Part shown: positions 28,616-36,581 of the stretch, piece by piece
Position numbering within the stretch: the stretch's first letter is position 1
Layout: each line of letters begins with the position of its first letter
From: a virus
Taxonomy: Duplodnaviria; Caudoviricetes
Length of the DNA: 40,801 bases
Virus record (IMG/VR): IMGVR_UViG_3300022670_000329
Span: 1-40,801 of that record
Reading direction: 5' to 3' (one strand)
Position numbers and translations under genes: made by a program
The notes under the pieces: generated by a model
Seen by the model: the letters and a program-made list of their open reading frames with translations, nothing else
Told to the model about the DNA's origin: nothing
The model's database searches: none

Positions 28616-29458
28616 TTAGTCGCGTGTCCATTCGGGGATTACTTTTGTTCCCCCTCTGTACTCTTGCAGTCGCTTCATGGCCGCACTAGCACGATCATCA
28701 GGTGACGTTAAATTAGCGTCAGCTTCCTGAATCGCATGTACTCTACGCGGGCCAGCATCCAAGAGGGGAGAAGCAGGATTTTCTGCTATCATTTCCTCTT
28801 TGGCTGTCGCCACATCAGCAGCAAGTCGCTCCTGGTAGGATTTCTCTGCAAGTTCGGCATATCCTTCTTTATTCATTGAAGTGTATGCTGTCTCTAGATT
28901 CATGTTATTGTCTTCGGCAAATTGAATAAGCTTGCGTGTATCCAGGTACTTATTAAAGTCCTGGTGAAACTTGTTGCCAAGTTCCATGACGGTCGAGTGA
29001 TAATCGGCATAGGCACGATCTTTAATATCGGCCATATCCTTCAACTGATCCATCGTCACATATTGCTTATCTTCCGGTGTCTCTGGAGTCACTATGGGTG
29101 CCGTTGGCATTTCAACATCGTTTTCCACTAACTTTGCTCGGTATTGAGCGTTTTCCTCAACAAGCTTATCATAGATATCCTTGTTGTTGTGGTCGTTGTC
29201 TTCGTTGCGCTTAACGTACAACCTAGCATCGTCCATTTCGGACTGAACTCTACTTTGCGCATCGGCCAACTCAGTCTGAGCCGTTTTCAACTCATCCATG
29301 TTGCGCGAGTAATCGCTTTGCCGAGTGAAAGAATCTTCCAGTGCCTTTAAAGCCACTTCGTCGCCAGCGAGGGCTTCTTTAAACCCCTTGGCATCTTCCT
29401 CTGAAAGTTTACCACTTCCAATTGTTTCCGCAAACCATTTTTCATAATTAAACGGCAT
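28616..29458 (-). CDS. Capsid scaffolding protein
   Basis: Acidic coiled coil with FTRQSDYSRNMDEL motif; AAGGAGG RBS; upstream of MCP. Confidence 0.8.
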   Translation of the reverse strand: MPFNYEKWFAETIGSGKLSEEDAKGFKEALAGDEVALKALEDSFTRQSDYSRNMDELKTAQTELADAQSRVQSEMDDARLYVKRNEDNDHNNKDIYDKLVEENAQYRAKLVENDVEMPTAPIVTPETPEDKQYVTMDQLKDMADIKDRAYADYHSTVMELGNKFHQDFNKYLDTRKLIQFAEDNNMNLETAYTSMNKEGYAELAEKSYQERLAADVATAKEEMIAENPASPLLDAGPRRVHAIQEADANLTSPDDRASAAMKRLQEYRGGTKVIPEWTRD

Positions 29459-29501
29459 AATATATAACCTCCTTACAGCCAGTTAATAAAACTACTTCCT
29501 G

Positions 29502-29867
29502 TTAAACCTGAGTCTGCGGACCCTGTTGGGGTGCCACAGCTTCTTCGTTAACGCCAGAAATAGAAGAACCTTGCAGTTGGTTTGACCGCGATAGGCCAGC
29601 TTCAACGCCAGCTTTAATCTGCGGTATGATCTGAGCAGCAACATTGCCAAAACCTGGAAGTATGTTTGCGAGAGCTAGGATGCCTTTCTCCAATCCAGTT
29701 GCCATCTGGAGAATGACTCCTACCTGTTGTATACTTCCTAATGAGGGTGCCTCCGACTGATTCTCCGTAGAACCTTGTTGGGCCAGCCTTGGTTTCTGCT
29801 CAGGGGCCGTGGTCGGTCTGGGAGGATCTTCAAGGTTTCGCCTACCTAATACGGGTAAGTTTGACAT
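29502..29867 (-). CDS. Hypothetical head-module protein
   Basis: AAGGAG RBS; Q/P-rich. Confidence 0.65.
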   Translation of the reverse strand: MSNLPVLGRRNLEDPPRPTTAPEQKPRLAQQGSTENQSEAPSLGSIQQVGVILQMATGLEKGILALANILPGFGNVAAQIIPQIKAGVEAGLSRSNQLQGSSISGVNEEAVAPQQGPQTQV

Positions 29868-29870
29868 TGA

Positions 29871-30104
29871 TTACTCTCCTTTTTTGACCGGAATTATATC
29901 GTAACCACCGGATTGAGGTCCGTGGTTAGCAACCGTACCTGGACGGTCATAACCTGGAACTGCACCAAAGCCCTCGTAATGCGTCCAGTTTTCGGGCATT
30001 GGCCCGGATGGAGCATCGAAGTCCACAGTTCTAGGTACGTCTGGGCTGAAATCCCCAAATAGGGGATGCTCAAACTCAGGTTTCTTGTGCGCTCGTTGCG
30101 TCAT
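29871..30104 (-). CDS. Small disordered protein
   Basis: In-operon ORF; P/G/D rich. Confidence 0.6.
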   Translation of the reverse strand: MTQRAHKKPEFEHPLFGDFSPDVPRTVDFDAPSGPMPENWTHYEGFGAVPGYDRPGTVANHGPQSGGYDIIPVKKGE

Positions 30105-30105
30105 A

Positions 30106-30165
30106 TTACTTCTTTTTCCCGATAGCGTCAGTAAAGACGGTATCCATAGATCCTTTGTTAGACAT
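30106..30165 (-). CDS. 19-aa peptide MSNKGSMDTVFTDAIGKKK
   Basis: GAGG RBS; stop 1 nt before next ATG. Confidence 0.5.
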   Translation of the reverse strand: MSNKGSMDTVFTDAIGKKK

Positions 30166-30183
30166 TTCTGATAGCCTCGTTCG

Positions 30184-30223
30184 AAAATTAAAGTAGGGAG
30201 TGAGGGATATCCTGACCCCCTAC
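30184..30223 (-). terminator. Terminator-like hairpin in leader of head genes
   Basis: GTAGGGGGT...ACTCCCTAC followed by TTTAATTTT. Confidence 0.6.
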
Positions 30224-30260
30224 AATATTAGACAGAGAAAGCGTTAAGCCTTCAAGTGTT

Positions 30261-30289
30261 ACTATATCACACTATTATATCCTAATCAA
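30261..30289 (-). promoter_or_regulatory. Sigma70-type promoter TTGATT-N17-TATAGT with TG extension
   Basis: Directly after portal stop; exact spacing. Confidence 0.75.
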
Positions 30290-30290
30290 G

Positions 30291-32201
30291 TTAGGACTCA
30301 GATACTATCGGACGACCATCACCTTTAGTTTCAATTGAAGGTGTAGTCTGTGCTGTGGGCTTACGGCCAGGGGTTCCAGCCGATTCCTGTTGGATAAGAG
30401 CGATCTTCTGATCCAACTCACTACCCAATCGAGCCGCAATCTGTGGAATATTAGGTACTTCCAGCAATTCCAAGAAGGTTTCGTGATCGATCTCGCCCAT
30501 TCGCCGCAACATGATAGCTTCTGCTTTCTTTGTAATCAACTGCAACTCCAGCATGGAATTGGGTGTCACATAGAAGGTGAAGTTCGATGCGTGTTTGATA
30601 GCCCGTTGTGTTCTTGTCAATCCAGCAAATTCGCTGAAATTCTGCAAATTACCATCTGTATCCAGAATATCTCCTGAACCGTCAGGTATCAAGGAGTTAG
30701 GATCAAAGTCAAAATCTTCCAAGGTCAATCCACCAGGACCGAGAATTGACATTCTCCGCTTGGCAGTGTAATGCTGCATAAAGCCAAACTTAACCAAATG
30801 GGCTAATTCCCTAATGCTAAATTCCAGCAAACGCCCCCGCATCCGAAGTTGCGGAGACATACCAGCTTGGATAGCCTCAATAGATTCTGCCGAAGGAGTT
30901 TGTCTCAATCGCGTCAGTGCCGACAAGTCGCGCGATCCGCTCAAGAGATCCATTTTATCAACAATGAACTCAAGCATGGAGAAGACATAATCTTTTAATT
31001 CTGCCCCACCCTCAAATTGGATTCCTTGACCACCGAGAAAGCGTAGTCTCATATTCTGGCCTGAACGCCGTGAATCGAATTTCGCTAATTCTTTCTGTGA
31101 GATAACTCTGGAATCCGCAATCTTGTTGGGCCGCAGATCCTTCTTAATATTATCATCTACCCCTTGCACTACATTATTCACAAACTCATTAAGTGGAATA
31201 AGATCCTGCGTCAAACTCTTGGAGAAGAATGAATTGGGATAAACAAAACTCATATCATTGAATAACTTAACAACGGGGAACATATCAAACCACCAAACGT
31301 TCGGCCCATCGTAAAATACTTTCTTAGTAGAAGATATGATCGTGCGCCCGCGTGGGTATAATGGTTCATTGGGTTCCACGTCATAACTATAAAATGTTTC
31401 TTTTCCTTGATTGTCCAAACCCATAGACACTGTGTTCTGGGACTCATTCATGGCATCATCCTTCACATGCACAGTGAATACCTCAACGCCTGGAATTGTC
31501 ATATTGGGTTTACCAGGGTTGCGGAATCTACTAAGCACAGGAGAAATCATACGATCAAACACATGGGAGGTTATGTGCCGACCAGTACCAAATGCTACGT
31601 CCTGGTCAGGTTTGATGAAATCCGCTAAATGCGGGTATTTCGCTTTTAAGAAACTGACTGTTTCTCTTGACCGAATGATAACTCCCATACTATCTTGGAT
31701 AGACATAGAAGTTGTGGGTCTGATGGGGATTACATCTCTTGCATCTCTTGGAATGATATCCAGATCTCCAAGTCCACCTTGAAGTTCGGGGTTCCAAACA
31801 AGATGGAGATATGCACAGCCCGCTGGCATTGCCAACTGTACGGCTGCTCCAATTTTCAGATCAATAAAATTATTCAACCACCACGATTGCGATAGTTGAT
31901 TCAAAATCATAGCCTGACCTTTAAACAAGTCATTGGCTGATTTATAAGAGAAGAACGGTTTAAGATCCGTCAATGCGGCAACATTGTCGCCTACTGCCTT
32001 GCCAAGCAAGTTGACGGTTAAATGGGAAAGATCGCTATGCTGAAGTTTAGAGTGATGCTCACCTTGAATATACGCAATGCCTCTATCAATATCTTTATAC
32101 CCAAATTGTGCGCGTAAGAAGGCATCACCTTCATTAACCACGGTATTTACCCAAGTAAGAACATCTTTCTCACGTTGGGTAATAGGTACGATATTCGCCA
32201 T
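30291..32201 (-). CDS. Portal protein
   Basis: 636 aa between terminase and scaffold; YIQGEH, VNLLGKAV, YPRGRTI, FPVVKL, SAESIEAIQ; podoviral portal layout. Confidence 0.85.
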   Translation of the reverse strand: MANIVPITQREKDVLTWVNTVVNEGDAFLRAQFGYKDIDRGIAYIQGEHHSKLQHSDLSHLTVNLLGKAVGDNVAALTDLKPFFSYKSANDLFKGQAMILNQLSQSWWLNNFIDLKIGAAVQLAMPAGCAYLHLVWNPELQGGLGDLDIIPRDARDVIPIRPTTSMSIQDSMGVIIRSRETVSFLKAKYPHLADFIKPDQDVAFGTGRHITSHVFDRMISPVLSRFRNPGKPNMTIPGVEVFTVHVKDDAMNESQNTVSMGLDNQGKETFYSYDVEPNEPLYPRGRTIISSTKKVFYDGPNVWWFDMFPVVKLFNDMSFVYPNSFFSKSLTQDLIPLNEFVNNVVQGVDDNIKKDLRPNKIADSRVISQKELAKFDSRRSGQNMRLRFLGGQGIQFEGGAELKDYVFSMLEFIVDKMDLLSGSRDLSALTRLRQTPSAESIEAIQAGMSPQLRMRGRLLEFSIRELAHLVKFGFMQHYTAKRRMSILGPGGLTLEDFDFDPNSLIPDGSGDILDTDGNLQNFSEFAGLTRTQRAIKHASNFTFYVTPNSMLELQLITKKAEAIMLRRMGEIDHETFLELLEVPNIPQIAARLGSELDQKIALIQQESAGTPGRKPTAQTTPSIETKGDGRPIVSES

Positions 32202-32204
32202 AGA

Positions 32205-32588
32205 TTATCTCCCTTGCAACTTTTTCGCTAACAATTCACGTAAATCGGTCTGATGGGTCTCTTGCACCGGATTTTTCGCGTAGTCTTCTTTACCATGTTT
32301 GGTGTCATAAGAATATGCTTCACAGCACAACTGCTGATCTTCATGTTTCTTTTCAAGTTGTCGTAGTTGATGCAGACTTGTAATTAAAACAGGTTTGCCT
32401 TCTAACCGAGTCAAATGCTCCGCTACAAACGGTACGAAACTCCTACGTTGTCTCCGTCGAGGATCGTATGCCATTTCCGTCTTACAGATCGGACATAACT
32501 GCACATGATCCATAATCTCATCACACGTAATATATTCATCAATCATCCTTTCTTCACAGTTAGGACAATCAAAATCGTATAACGGCAT
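32205..32588 (-). CDS. FmdB-like zinc-ribbon protein
   Basis: MPLYDFDCPNC...CPICK. Confidence 0.75.
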   Translation of the reverse strand: MPLYDFDCPNCEERMIDEYITCDEIMDHVQLCPICKTEMAYDPRRRQRRSFVPFVAEHLTRLEGKPVLITSLHQLRQLEKKHEDQQLCCEAYSYDTKHGKEDYAKNPVQETHQTDLRELLAKKLQGR

Positions 32589-33007
32589 TAAACTAAACCC
32601 AACACAACGTTAAGTGCGTAGGACATTTGCTCACGAACATAACGCTGAATCTGTTTAATTACCACTTCTTTCGGATAATCCTCGGCATCTTGAGCCGATG
32701 TGGGTTCTCCTTCTTCTGCGTTGAAGTAAGCCTGTTCCTTTAGCATTTGAATCTGATCTCCGTCTAACTGCAATTCTACTCCTTGCAATTTAATTGCACC
32801 AACGGTCATTATCCGCTGGAACAATTCATGCGCGGTTTTGAATTGACCAAAGTGCCTACGAAGATCCGCAAGCTGTTGTCCCGTAAACTGAAGTGCCCAA
32901 TCCGTGTCATTAGGCATATCAGCCGTGTCTACAACCCGCTTCCAGATTGCTTGTTGAGAGCCATACTGCTCATAAACTTCATCAGGTATCTTAAATTCAA
33001 AAATCAT
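32588..33007 (-). CDS. Hypothetical protein
   Basis: GGAGG RBS and upstream promoter. Confidence 0.65.
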   Translation of the reverse strand: MIFEFKIPDEVYEQYGSQQAIWKRVVDTADMPNDTDWALQFTGQQLADLRRHFGQFKTAHELFQRIMTVGAIKLQGVELQLDGDQIQMLKEQAYFNAEEGEPTSAQDAEDYPKEVVIKQIQRYVREQMSYALNVVLGLV

Positions 33008-33030
33008 TAAACAAAAACCTCCCTTAATAG

Positions 33031-33073
33031 ACTATACCACAAATCCACGTTGAAATCCAGTTTGTGATATAAT
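33031..33073. promoter_or_regulatory. Back-to-back extended -10 promoters (TGTGGTATAGT on -, TGTGATATAAT on +)
   Basis: Imperfect inverted repeat ACTATACCACAAA...TTTGTGATATAAT; minus promoter has TGGATT at 17 nt. Confidence 0.7.
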
Positions 33074-33079
33074 AGTGTT

Positions 33080-33120
33080 GACGCAACGGGAGAGGGACTA
33101 CTACACGGTAGTCCTTTTCT
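33080..33120 (+). ncRNA. Putative tiny hairpin RNA B
   Basis: GACGCAAC leader then GGAGAGGGACTAC-TACACG-GTAGTCCTTTTCT with G.U pairs. Confidence 0.5.
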
Positions 33121-33122
33121 AT

Positions 33123-33965
33123 TTACCAACCTTCATCCAATTCCTGCATCATCCTGCTATAGCTAACAGCCGTGTTCCGGTATGTGGGCTTTACATATGT
33201 GGGGTCGTCTTCCTTTCTTATACCCTCTTTAACCAAATTTGACAGGTATCTCTCCCTATCCAGAGCCAAATCAGGATCATACGCATTAGCCGCCCAGAGT
33301 GCGTGGAACCCCGCAAAGAGCCTATCATCGAGCTTCTTACCCTGAAATCTGCCCGCAGCAGCCTTAATGTCCTGGGCCAGAGCATCATAGTCCTTGATCT
33401 TGGCGATCTCAAAGCCAGCCATTTCACTGATGAACCAGGGCGACTGGATGATCCAATTGCCTGTCTTCAGCCTAGTTTCACCCAACATGACCAATTTCGT
33501 CCGTGTCTTAGCAGTAACCTTGGTACCAAAAGCTGGTATCTCGTTACGTCTAATGCTAGTGGTGTTGATATCCTGAAACAGATTCTCGTACTGAAATTCC
33601 TCAGATAGTGTGTGAATGGTATGCTCACCGTAGTTGTTGGACTCCACGTTGACCACCGCTGGCATATCCAGGTAGTGATCGAAGTACATGAATCCAATCT
33701 TATGAATCACGGCCGCAAACTCGTTCGGCTTGAGGTAATTACACGCGAACTCAGCCACTTGCACCTCGTATTCGCTCTTGCTGCCCTTCTTCAGCACATG
33801 GACTACTGAGTTACTCAAACCTAGTCCACCGCCAATATCAGCACCTATGTAGTATTCTGCGCCCTTCTGCGGTCCCTCAAACATGAGCAGACAACCATTT
33901 GGATCAGCCAACTCAGTAGACATACCGAGGAATTTGATTTTAGGATCTGCGAAGTATGGTTCCAT
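33123..33965 (-). CDS. Terminase large subunit, nuclease (RNase H-like) domain as separate ORF
   Basis: YYIGADIGGG, VNVESNNYG, DDRLFA motifs. Confidence 0.8.
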   Translation of the reverse strand: MEPYFADPKIKFLGMSTELADPNGCLLMFEGPQKGAEYYIGADIGGGLGLSNSVVHVLKKGSKSEYEVQVAEFACNYLKPNEFAAVIHKIGFMYFDHYLDMPAVVNVESNNYGEHTIHTLSEEFQYENLFQDINTTSIRRNEIPAFGTKVTAKTRTKLVMLGETRLKTGNWIIQSPWFISEMAGFEIAKIKDYDALAQDIKAAAGRFQGKKLDDRLFAGFHALWAANAYDPDLALDRERYLSNLVKEGIRKEDDPTYVKPTYRNTAVSYSRMMQELDEGW

Positions 33966-35164
33966 TAGTCTATCGCGGAAGGCATATGATACACCTGAAA
34001 GGGTTTCAGCCGCTTCTGCATTTCATTGATAAGTTCATTGCCGAACATACCGATAGTCCTATGCTGGAACGCCTCAAAGTGATCTGTGGGGTATTCAGAG
34101 TAGAAAGTAGCCAGATTACCTGACTTCTTGAAGTTTATGTAATTTGCTTCCCACCAATACATCTGCTCCTTGGTGACGACGAACGCCTTGCCAAAACAAT
34201 ATGTAGGACTCGTTTTCAGCACATGAGCCGCCCAATCAAGGGTAGCCTTACGTGGAGTCCAATTAGTCGGAGGATTCATGACATAGAGTGAGTTAAGATA
34301 GACTGGAATGAACAACGCCCTGAGCTTAGGATCTCTACCTTCCCATGAGCGTGTAAACATATCGTGCCAATGATCGTCACGTACACGCGCGGTAGATTCG
34401 TGGATGCCAATATTGTTTGGAAACAAGTGAAAAGTTGGCATAAAATCAGCGTCGATTTGTTCATAGTTTTCCCAATCTGGGAGTTCTGTAAAATGAAAGA
34501 CATTGGTAGTGTTTCCTTGAGCGATACCGCCGCCCATCTTGCGTCCGTGGCCTACGACCAGGGTACTGTTAAGATCATCGAAATGAATAGCCTCACCCTC
34601 AGTCGTCTTGACGTTATCCTTAATAGAAGGATACATCCACCAAGGCAAGCCATCCATAATATCATTGAAGCGTCTGCGAAGAACCTGAGAGCCTGTAGGT
34701 GCGTCCGAGGCCATAACCCCGCGCTGGTTCTCATGGAACACAAGCCGCTGTACCATTATGTTCTGTGCAAGCTGTGTAGCTCCTGCCTGTCGGCACTTAC
34801 ACCACACCCATCCATTGCTGCGCCCTTCTTCCCAGGCCAGCTTCTCGCCATTGGAGATATGTAGAAGGCCAGTCTCTTGCGCGTCCCAGAGTTCAATCGT
34901 AACCAGTCTGCCATCAGGAGTCATAACCTTAGAATAGCGGTCCATCCAATAACGGAAGTCCCAAGTACACAGGGCTATCTCATTGATGATGAATTGGTTT
35001 TCGTGATCTTTAAGTTGTCTGACAGGCTGCTTCTTGTCCTCGTTCCAGTCAGGCATGCTTTGTTGCATGTCTAGTGATTCACCCACAGTAAACCGTTTAA
35101 GTTTAAAAGGGATACCTTTCTGGACTTCATGCAGCCGCACAGCGACTATTTCTTCGTGGTACAT
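33965..35164 (-). CDS. Terminase large subunit, ATPase domain
   Basis: Walker A-like CKCRQAGAT, Walker B-like FHFTE, coupling motif HESTA, SEYP...EAF. Confidence 0.85.
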   Translation of the reverse strand: MYHEEIVAVRLHEVQKGIPFKLKRFTVGESLDMQQSMPDWNEDKKQPVRQLKDHENQFIINEIALCTWDFRYWMDRYSKVMTPDGRLVTIELWDAQETGLLHISNGEKLAWEEGRSNGWVWCKCRQAGATQLAQNIMVQRLVFHENQRGVMASDAPTGSQVLRRRFNDIMDGLPWWMYPSIKDNVKTTEGEAIHFDDLNSTLVVGHGRKMGGGIAQGNTTNVFHFTELPDWENYEQIDADFMPTFHLFPNNIGIHESTARVRDDHWHDMFTRSWEGRDPKLRALFIPVYLNSLYVMNPPTNWTPRKATLDWAAHVLKTSPTYCFGKAFVVTKEQMYWWEANYINFKKSGNLATFYSEYPTDHFEAFQHRTIGMFGNELINEMQKRLKPFQVYHMPSAID

Positions 35165-35331
35165 TTTAGATAAGCTAATATAGGTAATTCTTCAAACATC
35201 CGGTCTACGTAAGGCATAGAGTGACGTAAAGTAATTTCTATCATTTGAGCCATAACAACCCACATAGGCACACTACGCCACGGAAATAAGTCTAACTGGA
35301 ATGGCTCAAACTTAAACGTCAGTTGGTTCAT
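35146..35331 (-). CDS. 61-aa protein with QLTF and QLDLF motifs
   Basis: GAGG RBS before ATG 35331; fills gap between terminase genes. Confidence 0.55.
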   Translation of the reverse strand: MNQLTFKFEPFQLDLFPWRSVPMWVVMAQMIEITLRHSMPYVDRMFEELPILAYLKCTTKK

Positions 35332-35917
35332 CTTCAGCCTCAACTACTATCTCAAAGGGGTTATCGTGCATCAGATCGCCAGAACCTCTGGCAACCTTGC
35401 CAGCCATGCCTTTCTCCATCATACTACCGAAGTTCTGATTGAGGTTGATGTTAATGCCGCCATCCTTGGGGAATAGGCCAGCCATCTGAAAGAGCATCTT
35501 TCGCTCCTGGTGTCCATCAGGCTCAGTGGCCGCGTCCAGACTCACCCGCATGAGATCAGGCAGATCTCTAAACATGATATCGTAAGCCTTGATAACGTTC
35601 TGGGTGCGAAGTCCTTGAGAGAAATACTTTTGGAGTTCGTGTGGATTAGGCGAGACAGACTTAGCTATCTCGTACAAGGACTTGTCCTCGTTTTCCATCA
35701 ATCCTAGGGCCGTGACGAAAGCTTTGGCCTTGGGGTGCTGACTAGCAGCCACGGCATCTATGAGAGCCGATCTGCCGCCCGCTGTTTCCTCAAGACTATC
35801 TAGGGCTCTCTGGAGACTCAACTCCGCTCCATCCATACTCTGCAAAGCGGTGCTGGAGTTCTTCGATCCCTTCTTTTTCGTCGTCGTGCGCTTCGTAGCT
35901 GACTTCTTCTTGGGCAT
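35312..35917 (-). CDS. Terminase small subunit candidate
   Basis: Upstream of TerL; helical, RKMLFQMAGL..GGININLNQNF tail typical of TerS; GAGGTG RBS. Confidence 0.55.
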   Translation of the reverse strand: MPKKKSATKRTTTKKKGSKNSSTALQSMDGAELSLQRALDSLEETAGGRSALIDAVAASQHPKAKAFVTALGLMENEDKSLYEIAKSVSPNPHELQKYFSQGLRTQNVIKAYDIMFRDLPDLMRVSLDAATEPDGHQERKMLFQMAGLFPKDGGININLNQNFGSMMEKGMAGKVARGSGDLMHDNPFEIVVEAEDEPTDV

Positions 35918-36053
35918 TTTCAGGCACCTCGTCTACCCATCCAAGCTGTTCTGCAATAGCATGGAGCAGACGATTCTGTTCCTCCATTATTTCGGACTGT
36001 TTTGCGACATTTTTGGCTAATACTCTCAGTACCGCCACTTGGGTTAAATTCAT
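35796..36053 (-). CDS. Hypothetical acidic protein
   Basis: TAATG-coupled to XRE gene; overlaps next gene by 122 nt. Confidence 0.55.
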   Translation of the reverse strand: MNLTQVAVLRVLAKNVAKQSEIMEEQNRLLHAIAEQLGWVDEVPENAQEEVSYEAHDDEKEGIEELQHRFAEYGWSGVESPESPR

Positions 36054-36352
36054 TAAAACTTACCTTCTCGCTGCAATTCTGCCAGCTTCGCTAGGTATTC
36101 ATCTTTGTAAAGGGTTGCCAGCCGAGTTAGCTGGATTTTAAAGGTACGCATAGGACGCGTTTTGCCAGTTTCCCAATTCGCAATCGTTTTACAAATTCCG
36201 TACTTTTTGCCGTGAGGCCGCCGAGACACTTTTTGGGTATACAACCCTACGTGTTTTCCTAGATCGTAACGTGACCACCCTATTGCGTGGCGCAGCGCCC
36301 GTATCTGGAGAGGCTCACTGTTGTAATATTCCGTTTTCAGCGGTAATTCCAC
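36053..36352 (-). CDS. XRE-family HTH regulator with insertion
   Basis: IRALRHAIGWSRYDLGKHVG...KTIANWETGKTRP; ~15 extra residues in the turn. Confidence 0.8.
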   Translation of the reverse strand: MELPLKTEYYNSEPLQIRALRHAIGWSRYDLGKHVGLYTQKVSRRPHGKKYGICKTIANWETGKTRPMRTFKIQLTRLATLYKDEYLAKLAELQREGKF

Positions 36353-36373
36353 CTTTTCTACACCTTCCCTCCA

Positions 36374-36389
36374 TTTATGATATCATAAA
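36374..36389. promoter_or_regulatory. Perfect 16-bp palindrome TTTATGATATCATAAA; bidirectional extended -10 / operator
   Basis: TGaTATCAT on both strands between divergent genes. Confidence 0.75.
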
Positions 36390-36392
36390 AGC

Positions 36393-36581
36393 ATGATAAG
36401 AGTGGAAATTACACCTGGATCAATCGCTATTTTGCAGGACGATTATGTGTTGTACGAATCTCTGACAGAATTATCCCTTTCCTCCCCACGATCTGTTATA
36501 ATGGATATAGACGACATTATTGAATTGGTGAGAGAATTGACAGACGACGAGGTAATTTTGACAGAGGATGCGTATGAATAA
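36393..36581 (+). CDS. Small acidic protein, probably leaderless
   Basis: ATG 6 nt after TATCAT, no SD; D/E-rich. Confidence 0.65.
   Translation: MIRVEITPGSIAILQDDYVLYESLTELSLSSPRSVIMDIDDIIELVRELTDDEVILTEDAYE

Noticed and set aside
30095-30104. 10-nt identity TGACGCAACG between tiny RNA B and the start of ORF 29871-30104
   Set aside because: Same sense as the mRNA, not antisense, and short enough to arise by chance
33960-34025. Programmed -1 frameshift joining the terminase halves
   Set aside because: The -1 frame is open for ~19 codons but no in-frame X-XXY-YYZ heptamer is present; TAATG reinitiation is the simpler reading
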